NCBI GenBank assembly: GCA_035455165.1
Contig: DATIFP010000007.1
Coordinates: forward strand, 9,631-73,630
DNA length: 64,000 nucleotides
Origin: Blastocatellia bacterium
Lineage (GTDB): Bacteria; Acidobacteriota; Blastocatellia; UBA7656
Direction of reading: 5' to 3'
The notes under the pieces were generated by a model. That model was not told where the DNA came from, searched no databases, and saw nothing but the letters and a program-made list of their open reading frames with translations. Shown in pieces: positions 1 through 9,418 of the stretch (position 1 is its first letter; each line of letters starts with the position of its first letter). A program made the translations under genes and the position numbers.

Positions 1-126
1 CGAGCGCGCGAATGTCTCCTTCATCTCGATTAGATCACGTTCAAACGTCAACAGAGTCAACCCTGCCCCCTGAGCTGTTTCTTGAATAGGCTTCTGTCTT
101 TTACAATACCGTTGAAAGGAGATGAG

Positions 127-663
127 ATGAATACACCAAATGGCCGTCAAGAGATAGAAGAAATGTTTGGGCATCCTGCAAATTCCAACGGTACATTGAA
201 CGAAGCATGGGAGGGCGCAAACATTCGCAAAGTGCCGCCTCCAGATGGATGGCAGCTCTATTATCAGGGTGACAGTGGTCTTGTGAAGGTGTCCGGGATC
301 AGGATGCACCGATTGCTGCGGGATTCGTTCGTAGCAGTCCTGGATGAGATCTGGGAGCACGCGCGAGATCAAATAGGCGGAGCAGCAACTGACGATCAAA
401 TTCGCGCCTGGTTGCACCAACGGCGTCTCGATCGACATGGGGGAGGCTTCAACTTTCGGAAGATAACTGGCGGGAGCGGCCTCTCATTACACTCCTATGG
501 GATCGCGATTGATTGGGACCCGGCGAATAATCCGCGTAAGAAACCGCTAACGAAAACGCTGCCAGATTGGTGGTACGACATTTGGGAGAAGCACGGCTGG
601 AGCGATGGCAGGCACTTTTCGACGCCTGACCCAATGCACGTCCAGTTTGCGACAGGAGCCTGA
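127..663 (+). CDS. Peptidase M15 family (zinc D-Ala-D-Ala carboxypeptidase / LAS-type) protein
   Basis: ORF 82..663. In-frame ATG at 127 sits 6 nt after an AAGGAG RBS. Motifs 'HSYGIAIDW' (H-x6-D) and 'DPMHVQF' (D-x-x-H) are typical of M15/VanY-type zinc peptidases. Confidence 0.6.
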   Translation: MNTPNGRQEIEEMFGHPANSNGTLNEAWEGANIRKVPPPDGWQLYYQGDSGLVKVSGIRMHRLLRDSFVAVLDEIWEHARDQIGGAATDDQIRAWLHQRRLDRHGGGFNFRKITGGSGLSLHSYGIAIDWDPANNPRKKPLTKTLPDWWYDIWEKHGWSDGRHFSTPDPMHVQFATGA

Positions 664-668
664 CATCG

Positions 669-1538
669 GTGAATGTGATGCGAACAGCGATGTGTACCGC
701 GGGCGCAGTCGTCTTTACATTTTTGATGGCTTATTCCGCCGACTCGCAGGTCGTGAATGTTTGGCCGGGCGTAGCTCCGGGTTCCGAAAACTGGACCCAG
801 AAGGAAAGAACGGCGGAAAACACTCCTATTGGAACAGTGATCTTCAACGTGGTGACTCCGACGTTGACCGCTTATCTTCCGGAGCGAACCAAGGCGACGG
901 GAACCGGCGTCATCGTCGCCCCCGGCGGCGCCTTTGTTGCGCTGGCCATCGATTTGGAAGGTAGCACTGTCGCGCGCTGGCTTCAGGAAAAAGGCATCGC
1001 GGCGTTCGTCCTCAAGTATCGGATCACGGAAAAGCGTCAGGAAGGCATTCCGGCGGGGATGAACATGGACGAGGCTGGTCGGTATGGCATTGCCGACGGA
1101 ATTCAGGCCCTCAAAGTCGTACGGCAGCACGCGGCGGAGTGGGGCGTCTCTCCCGACAGGGTCGGCTTCATGGGATTCTCGGCCGGGGCTATGGTCACCA
1201 GCGGAGCCCTGCTCCAAAAGGACGCCGCGGCGCGTCCGAACTTCGCGGCAATGATCTATGGCGGTCCTTTCGGAGAGATGCCGGCCATTCCGGCTAACCT
1301 GCCGCCCATATTTCTCGCTTGGGCGCAGGACGACGCAGTGGCGCTCGGGCCCGTAGTCAAGTTTTATGGCGCGCTGACATCAGCGGGACACAAACCCGAG
1401 GTCCACATTTTCAGCGCGGGTGGCCATGGCTTCGGTATGCGAAAACAGGGCACCAGCAGCGACCACTGGAACAATGCATTCTATTACTGGTTGGAAGCGC
1501 AGGGATTCATCAAGCCGGCAGGAAGATCCGATCGCTGA
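669..1538 (+). CDS. Secreted alpha/beta-hydrolase (esterase/lipase-like)
   Basis: Hydrophobic N-terminal signal peptide. Nucleophile elbow 'GFSAGA' (GxSxG). Late 'GGHGF' His region. 289 aa. Confidence 0.7.
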   Translation: MNVMRTAMCTAGAVVFTFLMAYSADSQVVNVWPGVAPGSENWTQKERTAENTPIGTVIFNVVTPTLTAYLPERTKATGTGVIVAPGGAFVALAIDLEGSTVARWLQEKGIAAFVLKYRITEKRQEGIPAGMNMDEAGRYGIADGIQALKVVRQHAAEWGVSPDRVGFMGFSAGAMVTSGALLQKDAAARPNFAAMIYGGPFGEMPAIPANLPPIFLAWAQDDAVALGPVVKFYGALTSAGHKPEVHIFSAGGHGFGMRKQGTSSDHWNNAFYYWLEAQGFIKPAGRSDR

Positions 1539-1784
1539 CCGGCACATCAACGAAAACCGTGTAGTGCTCCCCGTGATTTTCCAGCCAGATTTCGGACAAT
1601 CTAATGCTGTTTAGTATGATTCTCTGCCCCAAGTGTGACCAGTCTGATTACACATGACTGCGGCAGTCCGACCCGACGCATCAGGACTTGGAAGCGAGGG
1701 TGGAGCGCATAGTTCGAGCGCCGGCTCAACGCCCAGATAGTTTGTCTTTCACTAGCACCGAACTCAAGTTAGAAGGGAGAAGAC

Positions 1785-2483
1785 GTGAGCTCAACCCAGC
1801 ATCAAGCACGAGCCGCCGGATTCCTGTATTTGGCAATCGCACTCATCGCCCCCATCGGCCTCCTGTACGCCCCCACCAAGTTGATCGTGTCTGGGAACGC
1901 GACCGCGACGGCCGACAACATCAGGTCTTCCGAGTGGCTTCTCCGCGTCGGCATCGCGACCGAACTGATCCACCAGGTCATTCAAGTGTTTCTGGTCCTG
2001 GCGCTCTACCGCTTGTTCAAGGCGGTCAACGAGACCCTTGCCAGGCAGATGGTGATCCTGGGTGCGTTGGTCTCCGTTCCGATCGTGTTCGTCAATGTGC
2101 TCAACGAAATCGCCGCGCTGACCCTCGTCAGCGGCTCCGATTTCCTGTCCGTGTTCGAGAAGCCCCACCTGGATTCCCTGGCATACCTGTTCCTCGATCT
2201 GCACGACAAGGGCATCGCCGTGGCCCTCGTCTTCTGGGGGCTCTGGCTGTTCCCGTTCGGGATGCTGGTCATCCGCTCGAGCTTCATCCCCCGCGTGTTA
2301 GGCATCCTGCTCATGATCGCAGGAATCGGCCACCTGGCCAGTGCCTTCGCCGCCCTGGTCCTGCCACGGTACGCGGAAGTTGTTTCGCAGGTTGCGTTGC
2401 CGCTCGAGCTCGCGGAACTGCCGATCATCTTTTGGCTGGTGATCTGGGGCGCGAAGACGCGACCGGCTGACGCCCCCGCCTAG
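1785..2483 (+). CDS. DUF4386-like polytopic membrane protein
   Basis: GTG start after an AGGGAGA RBS. Six predicted TM helices. The N-terminal 'ARAAGFLYLAIAL...' pattern is recalled from DUF4386-family proteins. Confidence 0.55.
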   Translation: MSSTQHQARAAGFLYLAIALIAPIGLLYAPTKLIVSGNATATADNIRSSEWLLRVGIATELIHQVIQVFLVLALYRLFKAVNETLARQMVILGALVSVPIVFVNVLNEIAALTLVSGSDFLSVFEKPHLDSLAYLFLDLHDKGIAVALVFWGLWLFPFGMLVIRSSFIPRVLGILLMIAGIGHLASAFAALVLPRYAEVVSQVALPLELAELPIIFWLVIWGAKTRPADAPA

Positions 2484-2551
2484 AAGGCGTGGGGGGATGT
2501 TACGCGCGGGCGGGTACTGCGGGACTTGGGCGACGTTCCTCGGTCGCTTGT

Positions 2552-3556
2552 ATGGAGAGCACACAGATTCACATCGTGAACGGGGACTCGGCTGGCGGCG
2601 TCCTACGCTTGGCGTTCGGATGCAACCAGGAGCCGATCCTCGTCCAGCACGACGTACTGTCGGTTGGACCCCTCCCCCGCCTCAAATCTCTGGACGAGTG
2701 GCGAACGCTTCGCGAGGCGTTTTGGGATCGGATCGCTGGTGGATGGCGAGCCTCCGATTACGAGCGCGACCTCCTCTTGCGCGCAGGCGAACTTCGGAAG
2801 TGCGAAGCAATCACTGTCTGGGTCGGCGGTGGGGCCTCGGACCAGCTTCTACTGCCCTGGGTCGTCCATCTGTTCACGTTGCTCAATGCCCCGATCTGCA
2901 GGATGTCGGTCGTTCAGGTCGAGCGAATACCGTCGAAAGGTTTCGATGTAGCGCGCATCGGCGAGCTCTCGCCGGAGCAACTGAGAGCACATGGTCATCC
3001 CGCACCATTGTCCCAAGATGAGATCGCAGAGCTGGAGGTTTTCTGGTCGGCTCTCACAGCGCCTCGGCCGGATGAGCTTCTACGCTTGATTGGGCGAGAC
3101 GCGACCGCCTTCCCCTTGGTTCGTCGGGCGCTCCGGACGACGCTTGACCGGTTCCCTGACCTGAGGACCGGCCTCAGCCATTGGGATCAGGAATTGCTGA
3201 GCCACGTGCGGAGCCACGGGCCGAAGGCCTTGACCGTCATAGGTCAAACGCTCGCCGACTCCTACCGCACGAACTATCCCGATATCGTAGGTGATGTCTA
3301 CCTGTTCAGTCGCCTGCGCCTACTGGCGGATCGACAACTCGTCCAGCCTGCCGTTTCGATGGAAGGGGATGTGTCGTCCTACCGTGGATGCGAGGTACGA
3401 CTGACAAGCGCGGGCGAGGCTTTTCTCGAGGGCCGCAAGAACTTTGTGGAAGCCAATGGCATCGACGAGTGGGTGGCGGGACTCCATCTCTACTCGAGGA
3501 CGCGTGATGTCTGGTTTCGAGATGGCGAAACTCTGGTCGCAGGGAACGCCGTCTAG
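2552..3556 (+). CDS. Conserved hypothetical protein (DUF1835/DUF3658-like)
   Basis: ORF 2489..3556. First ATG at 2552 gives 'MESTQIHIVNGDSAGG...', which resembles the DUF1835 N-terminus. Family assignment is from memory only. Confidence 0.45.
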   Translation: MESTQIHIVNGDSAGGVLRLAFGCNQEPILVQHDVLSVGPLPRLKSLDEWRTLREAFWDRIAGGWRASDYERDLLLRAGELRKCEAITVWVGGGASDQLLLPWVVHLFTLLNAPICRMSVVQVERIPSKGFDVARIGELSPEQLRAHGHPAPLSQDEIAELEVFWSALTAPRPDELLRLIGRDATAFPLVRRALRTTLDRFPDLRTGLSHWDQELLSHVRSHGPKALTVIGQTLADSYRTNYPDIVGDVYLFSRLRLLADRQLVQPAVSMEGDVSSYRGCEVRLTSAGEAFLEGRKNFVEANGIDEWVAGLHLYSRTRDVWFRDGETLVAGNAV

Positions 3557-3673
3557 CTGATGCATCCCCCTCAGTATCGGCCGGTTGCCCGACCTTAATG
3601 CCTGACGTTCCGAGCTAAACAACAAGCAAGGTTTCCGATATCCTAAACGCTTGACCTTTTGTGAGGGACATCG

Positions 3674-4465
3674 ATGGATCTTGGCCTCAAGGACAAAGTC
3701 GCGATAGTTACCGCCGCATCCAGCGGACTGGGCAAGGCTACGGCAAGGGAGCTCGCAGCCGAAGGAGCACGAGTTGTAATCAACGCGCGTGGTAAAGAGA
3801 ATCTCAGAGATGCCGCGGCTGAGATTCACTCAGCGACCGGAGGCGAAGTCGTTGCGATTGCCGGTGACGTGTCTAGCCAGACGGAGGTTCGGAATCTCGT
3901 CTCCGAGACCATAGCTCGGTTCAGTGCGGTTGACGTACTGGTCGCCAACGCAGGAGGCCCACCCGCCGGGTTTTTCGATGACTTCGACATCGCGGACTAC
4001 CGAAGAGCCGTTGAGCTGAACCTGATCAGCACCATCAACCTGTGTCGCGAGGTCGTGCCTACAATGCGAGAGCGCGGCTGGGGTCGAATCGTTGCGATCA
4101 CTTCGATCGCCGCCAAACAGCCCGTCGAAAACCTGATACTCTCGAACACCGCACGTGCCGGAGTGCTCGGATTCATCAAGAGCCTTTCCGATCAGGTCGC
4201 TTCCCAAGGGATTACCGCGAACACGGTATGTCCGGGGTATCATCTGACCGAACGATTGAAGAGCCTGGGTTCGTCGATTGCCCAGAAAGAAGGCGTGAGC
4301 GTGGAAGACATCTATGCTCGATGGGCGGCTTCTACTCCGATGAAACGGATCGGGGATCCGAAAGAGTTTGCAGCCGTGGTCGCGTTCATCTGTTCGGAGC
4401 GCGCGAGCTTCCTGACCGGCACTGTGATTCAGATCGATGGCGGAGCATGTCGGGCGCTGTTCTAG
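3674..4465 (+). CDS. SDR family oxidoreductase (3-oxoacyl-ACP reductase-like)
   Basis: 'VAIVTAASSGLGKATA' Rossmann TGxxxGxG motif. 'NAGG' and an Yxxx K-type catalytic region. 263 aa. Confidence 0.85.
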   Translation: MDLGLKDKVAIVTAASSGLGKATARELAAEGARVVINARGKENLRDAAAEIHSATGGEVVAIAGDVSSQTEVRNLVSETIARFSAVDVLVANAGGPPAGFFDDFDIADYRRAVELNLISTINLCREVVPTMRERGWGRIVAITSIAAKQPVENLILSNTARAGVLGFIKSLSDQVASQGITANTVCPGYHLTERLKSLGSSIAQKEGVSVEDIYARWAASTPMKRIGDPKEFAAVVAFICSERASFLTGTVIQIDGGACRALF

Positions 4466-4475
4466 GCCTGGGGAG

Positions 4476-4540
4476 CTTTGCGGCTCTTTGCGTCTTTGCG
4501 TGAAACAAAACTTCGCGCAAAGACGCAAAGAGCCGCAAAG
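4476..4540. repeat. Perfect 25-bp inverted repeat built from CTTTGCG/CGCAAAG heptamers (15-nt loop); terminator-like hairpin between SDR and galU-like genes
   Basis: Left arm 4476-4500 'ctttgcggctctttgcgtctttgcg'. Right arm 4516-4540 is its exact reverse complement. Confidence 0.7.
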
Positions 4541-4558
4541 ACCGCAAAGGAGAATGCC

Positions 4559-5416
4559 ATGATAGTAGAAACGGGCGTGATTGCCGCGGCGGGTTCGGGC
4601 ACCCGAATGCTCCCGGTCACGCTGGCCTATCCGAAAGAACTTCTGCCAATCATCAACAAGCCCGCAATACACCTTATCATCGAGGAGTTCATCGACTCCG
4701 GGATCAAGAAGATCGTTATCGTTACCGGCGAGAATCCAAGTCCTCTCCGGCGTGTCTATCAGCCTTCGTTCGAGAGTCCGCGTGGCAAGCACAAAGCCCT
4801 TGACGAGTTTCTCGACAAGCTTGCAGGCACTGAAGTAGTAATGGAACCGCAAACGGGAGCCTACGGCAACGGCACGCCTCTCATAGTGGCGCGGCCTCAG
4901 ATACCCAAAAACGAGGGATTCATTTACGCCTACGGCGACGACCTCATAAAGTCGAAGACTCCGTTCACGCGACACCTGATCGAGAAGCACAATCGCACCG
5001 GCGCGCTAGTGGCGGGAGTGCAAGAGGTGGCGTGGGAGGACGTCGTTCGATACGGGATCGCTCAACTGAAGCCGGGCGGCGCTGAAGGAGAATTGGACGA
5101 CGTGGTCGAGAAGCCTTCGCGCGAAGAAGCCCGTTCGAATCTCGCGATGTTCGGGAGGTTTCTGCTCTCTGACTCGATCATCCAAATACTCACCGAAATA
5201 CCGCGCGGAAAGGCTGATGAGTTATGGCTGACCGATGCGTTGCGCGAGTACCTTCGCAGAGGCGGGCGACTGGTAGCCGAACCGGTTGTCGACGGCGAAT
5301 GGCTGACGATCGGCGATCCAGTTAATTACTTGCTCACGTCTATCGAGTACGCGTTGGCCCAACCGGAGATCAGGAGCAAGCTTGAACCCCGCGTTCGTCA
5401 GTTGCTCGGTGAATAA
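4559..5416 (+). CDS. galU: UTP--glucose-1-phosphate uridylyltransferase (GalU-like nucleotidyltransferase)
   Basis: ATG 7 nt after an AAGGAG RBS. 'AAGSGTRMLPVTLAYPKELLP' matches the GalU G-x-G-T-R-x-LP-x-T-K signature. Confidence 0.7.
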   Translation: MIVETGVIAAAGSGTRMLPVTLAYPKELLPIINKPAIHLIIEEFIDSGIKKIVIVTGENPSPLRRVYQPSFESPRGKHKALDEFLDKLAGTEVVMEPQTGAYGNGTPLIVARPQIPKNEGFIYAYGDDLIKSKTPFTRHLIEKHNRTGALVAGVQEVAWEDVVRYGIAQLKPGGAEGELDDVVEKPSREEARSNLAMFGRFLLSDSIIQILTEIPRGKADELWLTDALREYLRRGGRLVAEPVVDGEWLTIGDPVNYLLTSIEYALAQPEIRSKLEPRVRQLLGE

Positions 5417-5420
5417 GGTT

Positions 5421-5452
5421 TCGCGCAAAGACGCAAAGCACCGCAAAGACGC
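5421..5452. repeat. Half-copy of the CGCAAAG heptamer repeat (three units)
   Basis: 'cgcgcaaagacgcaaagcaccgcaaagacgcc' in the galU/ccp convergent intergenic region. Confidence 0.5.
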
Positions 5453-5462
5453 CAAGGAGAGT

Positions 5463-6620
5463 TCAACGGCGCTCGGCCAGGCGCCGAGCATCGTCGCTGG
5501 TGAGCGCCTTCAGGAATTCAACCAGGTCGCGCTGTTCTGATTCGGACAGCGCCACCGGCTCGAGCTGCCAATCGCGATTCGGATTCTGGTTGCCGCCCTT
5601 CACATAGAACTTAACAACCTCTTCGAGAGTCGCCGCGCTGCCGTCATGAAAATAAGGCGCGGTCAAACCGACGTTGCGAAGCGAAGGCGTTCTAAAGGCG
5701 CCCACATCGAGGGTGTTGCCGCTGACCAGGAAGCGGCCCAATTCGCCGGCGCGCTCGTGCCTGGTCAACAACGCCAGCGCATTGCCGGATTGGTCGCGCG
5801 TCGCGGCCATTGCCCGCCGCGCCAGTCCTTCGAAGCCTTCAAAGTTGGCGGCGACGCCAGTGTTGCGATAGTTCATATCGGTGAAAAATGGAAAGCTCGC
5901 AAATGTCGAAAAGTTTTGATTAAATGCGTGACAGATCCCGCATCGAGCCTTGCTTCTGAACAAGACCAGTCCGCTGCGGGCGGACTCGCTCAGCGCGTTC
6001 AAGTCGCCGGCAATGTAGCGATCTACGGGCGAGTCTCCCGATACGAGTGTCCGTTCAAACGCGCCGATCGCTTTTGCGACTGCGTCGATGGTCACGGAAG
6101 TTCCGAACACCCCTTGAAACTCCCTGGCGTATTCAGGACTCCCCGCCAATCTGGCCACGACTTCTTCGGGCGAGCGGTTTCCCATCTCGTCCGGATTGGT
6201 GAGCGGCATCATCGCTTGCTCTTCCAGAGTTGCGGCGCGGCCATCCCAGAATTGACCGCTGTTGAACATCGCGTTCAGGAGAGTCGGCGAGTTCCGGGTC
6301 CCCACTCTGCCGCCGATGCCCTCCGCGACTTTTCTTCCGTCGGTGAAGGCTCGTTGCGGATCGTGACAAGTAGCGCAGCTGACTGTACCGTCGGCCGATA
6401 GACGCTGATCAAAAAAGAGTTTGCGGCCAAGCTCGACCTTGCGGAACGTCATCGGGTTGTTGTTCGGCACAAAATAGGCCCAAATGTCCGAGGGAATGCC
6501 AATCGGAAGTTTGATCTCGAAACTCGCAGATCCGAGCGAATCCGCCGCACGAACCAGACTCGGCAGCAGGACCCCGAGTGAGATAACCACGACGAGTTTT
6601 ACTGCCGAGCTTCGTCTCAT
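5463..6620 (-). CDS. Di-haem cytochrome c peroxidase (CcpA/MauG family)
   Basis: Signal peptide. Two CxxCH haem motifs ('CATCHD', 'CGICHA'). 'WDGRA' and 'PTLRN' CCP family motifs. Confidence 0.85.
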   Translation of the reverse strand: MRRSSAVKLVVVISLGVLLPSLVRAADSLGSASFEIKLPIGIPSDIWAYFVPNNNPMTFRKVELGRKLFFDQRLSADGTVSCATCHDPQRAFTDGRKVAEGIGGRVGTRNSPTLLNAMFNSGQFWDGRAATLEEQAMMPLTNPDEMGNRSPEEVVARLAGSPEYAREFQGVFGTSVTIDAVAKAIGAFERTLVSGDSPVDRYIAGDLNALSESARSGLVLFRSKARCGICHAFNQNFSTFASFPFFTDMNYRNTGVAANFEGFEGLARRAMAATRDQSGNALALLTRHERAGELGRFLVSGNTLDVGAFRTPSLRNVGLTAPYFHDGSAATLEEVVKFYVKGGNQNPNRDWQLEPVALSESEQRDLVEFLKALTSDDARRLAERR

Positions 6621-6633
6621 TGGCTACAAACAC

Positions 6634-7284
6634 CTATTGTTCAGCGTGGCCCTTTACGATGAACGCGATGGGGACTTCCGCTCCCGACTGCGATTTGACC
6701 TTCGCGGTAAACACGAAGTGGCTGCCGTCTTGTTCGAGCTTGGGCGGCGACGCGCCTTCAGTCTGAACGAGACTGATGACTCCGGGGTGATTGGTGCCCG
6801 TCGACTTCGGGCTCATCTTCATCAACTCTTCAAACTTCGGCTGCGCCTCTGGATTCTGGTCCATCGCAACCGGGACCAGAACGAGAAAGTCTCGAATCGG
6901 CGAGATCCCCAGATGATTCCCGTCAGCAGGATGAATCGCGTACCGCAACGTGTATGTGCCCTGCTTCACCGCTTGTCCCCGAAAATCAGTGGTGGCTCTT
7001 GCAAAGGTGATCACCCCGACCAGAACCGATTCGCCGAGGTTGTAGACCGCGCCTTGCGCCGCATCGCTCTTCCCTGCCGGCAATCCGCTTCGGAGCCAGA
7101 TGTCACAATACGGCCCGTCGCCGATGGTCAAACGCGAGCCCTTTTGCTCGAGGACTTTTTTCAGCGCTTCGGATGCTCCCGGGTCCGCAATCGCACCGAT
7201 CGCCTCGATCCTCGCGCCCTGGCCGAGAGCCGTCGCGGGATTGACCACCAGAATCAACGTTACAAAAAACAGAGCGCGCCGCAT
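6634..7284 (-). CDS. Hypothetical secreted protein
   Basis: ORF 6634..7320. ATG at 7284 ('MRRALFFVTLILVV...') has a GGAG 8 nt upstream. Clear signal peptide. No recognisable family. Confidence 0.5.
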   Translation of the reverse strand: MRRALFFVTLILVVNPATALGQGARIEAIGAIADPGASEALKKVLEQKGSRLTIGDGPYCDIWLRSGLPAGKSDAAQGAVYNLGESVLVGVITFARATTDFRGQAVKQGTYTLRYAIHPADGNHLGISPIRDFLVLVPVAMDQNPEAQPKFEELMKMSPKSTGTNHPGVISLVQTEGASPPKLEQDGSHFVFTAKVKSQSGAEVPIAFIVKGHAEQ

Positions 7285-7312
7285 TAACATATCTCCGCTC
7301 ACATAATCACAA

Positions 7313-7355
7313 AGGCACAAAGCCCGCCAAGAGTCTTCTTGTGGTCTTTGTGCCT
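7313..7355. repeat. Inverted repeat (aggcacaaag / ctttgtgcct, 23-nt loop); CACAAAG variant of the heptamer repeat
   Basis: Arms 7313-7322 and 7346-7355 are reverse complements. Confidence 0.5.
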
Positions 7356-7377
7356 AGGTCGTCCAAGGCTGGCTTGT

Positions 7378-8052
7378 CTATCGCGAGAAGGTGCCAACAA
7401 AGGCGCTGCGCTTGCCGTGAACCGTCCAGGACACATCAAGGCCGGCGCCTTCGAATCGGTCGAGCTCGGCTACCGCGGGCATCGAGTGAACGGTCGCCGC
7501 CAGGGGCGGATAGAAGACATCCTCGTTGCCGCACAGGTGGTCCTTGCCGTTGATCGCGCGAGTCTCGATGCCGGCGATGTTTCCGGCTCGCACGAGCGTC
7601 TTCCCGTAGTGACCGTCGTGTCCGCTCACTTCGACTTTGATCGGAGCGACCTCGACTCGCACTACGTTCTTGAGCAGCTCCCCGGCCATCGCTTGAGCAA
7701 ACTCGACCAGGGCCTTTTGCTGATCGCCGCAAGCCTTCTCGTCAACGATCATCACCGCTTTTGCCGGATAGGGACTATTGAACTGATCGCCAAGTGTCGC
7801 GCTCGCCTTGACGACCCCCACCACGCTGAGCCCGTCAAGCGAAACGCCTTTCCACTCACCCTTGTTCACTCGCCACGCGAGAATCGCCTGATCGCCCGCC
7901 AGGTTCATTTCTCCGTTAGCGACGCACGCGCCGGTCCAGACGTCCGCACTGCGCGTTTCAATGTAGTCGCCCGAGATGCTCTGGGCCCTGGTCGTCGAAC
8001 CAAGGGTCAAAACAACCAACGCCAGCGCCGCGATAAACATCATCTTTCGCAT
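7378..8052 (-). CDS. Hypothetical secreted protein
   Basis: ATG at 8052 ('MRKMMFIAALALVVLTLGSTTRAQS', signal peptide) preceded by a GGAAGGAGA RBS. The +strand ORF 7339..8124 is a shadow. Confidence 0.55.
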   Translation of the reverse strand: MRKMMFIAALALVVLTLGSTTRAQSISGDYIETRSADVWTGACVANGEMNLAGDQAILAWRVNKGEWKGVSLDGLSVVGVVKASATLGDQFNSPYPAKAVMIVDEKACGDQQKALVEFAQAMAGELLKNVVRVEVAPIKVEVSGHDGHYGKTLVRAGNIAGIETRAINGKDHLCGNEDVFYPPLAATVHSMPAVAELDRFEGAGLDVSWTVHGKRSAFVGTFSR

Positions 8053-8071
8053 CGTTTGGTTTCTCCTTCCA

Positions 8072-8169
8072 ACCTTTGCGTCTTTGCGGGACTTTGCGTC
8101 CTTTGCGCGAAACCAGACTCTTAAATCCCAGGCCTCTCGCAACGAACGACAAGACCCGCAAAGAGCGCC
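8072..8169. repeat. Degenerate copy of the heptamer palindrome (4x CTTTGCG ... CGCAAAGAGCGCC)
   Basis: CTTTGCG at 8074, 8082, 8092, 8101. Complementary 'cgcaaagagcgcc' at 8157-8169. Confidence 0.5.
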
Positions 8170-8185
8170 AAGTGTTTCGATCTTA

Positions 8186-8419
8186 TCACACGTAACCTTT
8201 TCCGTAACAGCCACGTTCCGCCGACGAACAGTTTCCAGGCTCTGCAAGCTGTCCGTCCGGCCCCATGCAGGTTTGCGTGTACACACACCAGAAGTGACCG
8301 TCGTTTGAGGGCGGAACCGATGGGTCGTGGGCGACGCCGATGAACATTCCCTTCCATCGAAGACATTCGCAAAGTTGGGGATGTTCGATGTTGAAACGTT
8401 CAGCCTCGTTGACAATCAT
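8186..8419 (-). CDS. Small Cys-rich protein (77 aa), translationally coupled to the Mo-hydroxylase FAD subunit
   Basis: ATG at 8419..8417 overlaps the TGA of the upstream gene (ATGA). Six Cys ('...CEC...', 'HFWCVYTQTCMGPDG', '...NC...', '...GC...'). Confidence 0.4.
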   Translation of the reverse strand: MIVNEAERFNIEHPQLCECLRWKGMFIGVAHDPSVPPSNDGHFWCVYTQTCMGPDGQLAEPGNCSSAERGCYGKGYV

Positions 8420-9417
8420 CGTGCACCTCCTCGGGCCGCTTCAAGTATGGCCCGTTTAACCGCCACTCGCGCGAGCTGAATCTTGTACGCGTTGCGGCCA
8501 AGACTCTTCGCGCCCGATACCGCAGCTTCGCCTGCGGCCTGCGCCACCTGTTCGTTGATGGTCTTGCCCGCAAGCGCTTGTTCGGCAGCCGCAGCTCGCC
8601 AGGGGGTCGGCGCCACATGGCCCATCACAATGCGAGCCGAAGTGACTTTGCCACCGGACACCTTCAAGGCTACCGACGCGGCCGCGAGCGGCCAATCCAG
8701 CGCTTCCTTCTGTCGAACCTCGTAGGTTGCGCTCTTCACTCCTGCTTGGGCAGGCACGATGATCTCGGTGACGATCTCACCGGGCTTCAGGTCGTACTCG
8801 CGGTCGTTGTCGCTTTGGGGCAAGACGAAAAACTTCTCCGCCGCGACGTCTCGCGAGCCTTTCGAGCCGTAGACTCGAACACTCGCCCCATAAGCAATCA
8901 GCGCGGGAGCGAGGCTCGATGGGTTGACGAAGTAGGCGGGCCCGCTATTTCCAAGTATGGCGTGATAGCGGTTGTCTCCGTGAAGTACCAGTGACTCGCC
9001 GCCCTCCTCGCTGGGATTTGCTCGGGCGAGCAAACCGAAACCCGCGCGGTAGTACCAGCATCGCGGGCGCTGAGTGAGATCGCCCCCGACTGTCCCCCGG
9101 CTTCGGAGCTGCGGGCTGGTTATTCCCCTGGCGGCGCCCACAAGCGCAGGATACTCCCTCGCGACTTGCGCGTTGTCGATCAGCTCCTGAATCGTCACAG
9201 TAGCGCCGATTCGAAGCCCGCTCTTCGAGGACCTGATGCCGCCGAACTCGGCTATGTCCTTGATGTTCACCAGCCGCTTGGGGTGTACGACGTCGTCCTT
9301 CATCAGCGAGAGCAAATCAGTGCCTCCGGCCAGCACTTCGGCGTCGCCCCAACTGCTTCCGAGAAGCGCTACAGCTTGTTCTTTGGTTGTAGGGTTGGCG
9401 TATTCAAATCCGCGCAT
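8416..9417 (-). CDS. Xanthine dehydrogenase family FAD-binding subunit (PaoB/CoxM-like)
   Basis: 'VLAGGTDLLSLMK' FAD-binding motif of molybdopterin dehydrogenase medium subunits. 333 aa. Confidence 0.85.
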   Translation of the reverse strand: MRGFEYANPTTKEQAVALLGSSWGDAEVLAGGTDLLSLMKDDVVHPKRLVNIKDIAEFGGIRSSKSGLRIGATVTIQELIDNAQVAREYPALVGAARGITSPQLRSRGTVGGDLTQRPRCWYYRAGFGLLARANPSEEGGESLVLHGDNRYHAILGNSGPAYFVNPSSLAPALIAYGASVRVYGSKGSRDVAAEKFFVLPQSDNDREYDLKPGEIVTEIIVPAQAGVKSATYEVRQKEALDWPLAAASVALKVSGGKVTSARIVMGHVAPTPWRAAAAEQALAGKTINEQVAQAAGEAAVSGAKSLGRNAYKIQLARVAVKRAILEAARGGAR

Positions 9418-9418
9418 C

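Noticed and set aside
1-24. Possible minus-strand gene start (ATG at 24..22, 'MKETFARS...') running off the window edge
   Set aside because: Only 8 codons are visible. Cannot support.
3830-4990. 386-aa minus-strand ORF spanning the SDR and galU genes
   Set aside because: Overlaps two well-supported +strand genes. Low-complexity Arg-rich translation typical of GC-rich off-frames.
7339-8124. 261-aa +strand ORF
   Set aside because: Antisense to the signal-peptide protein 7378..8052, which has a proper RBS. The translation is Arg/His-rich junk.
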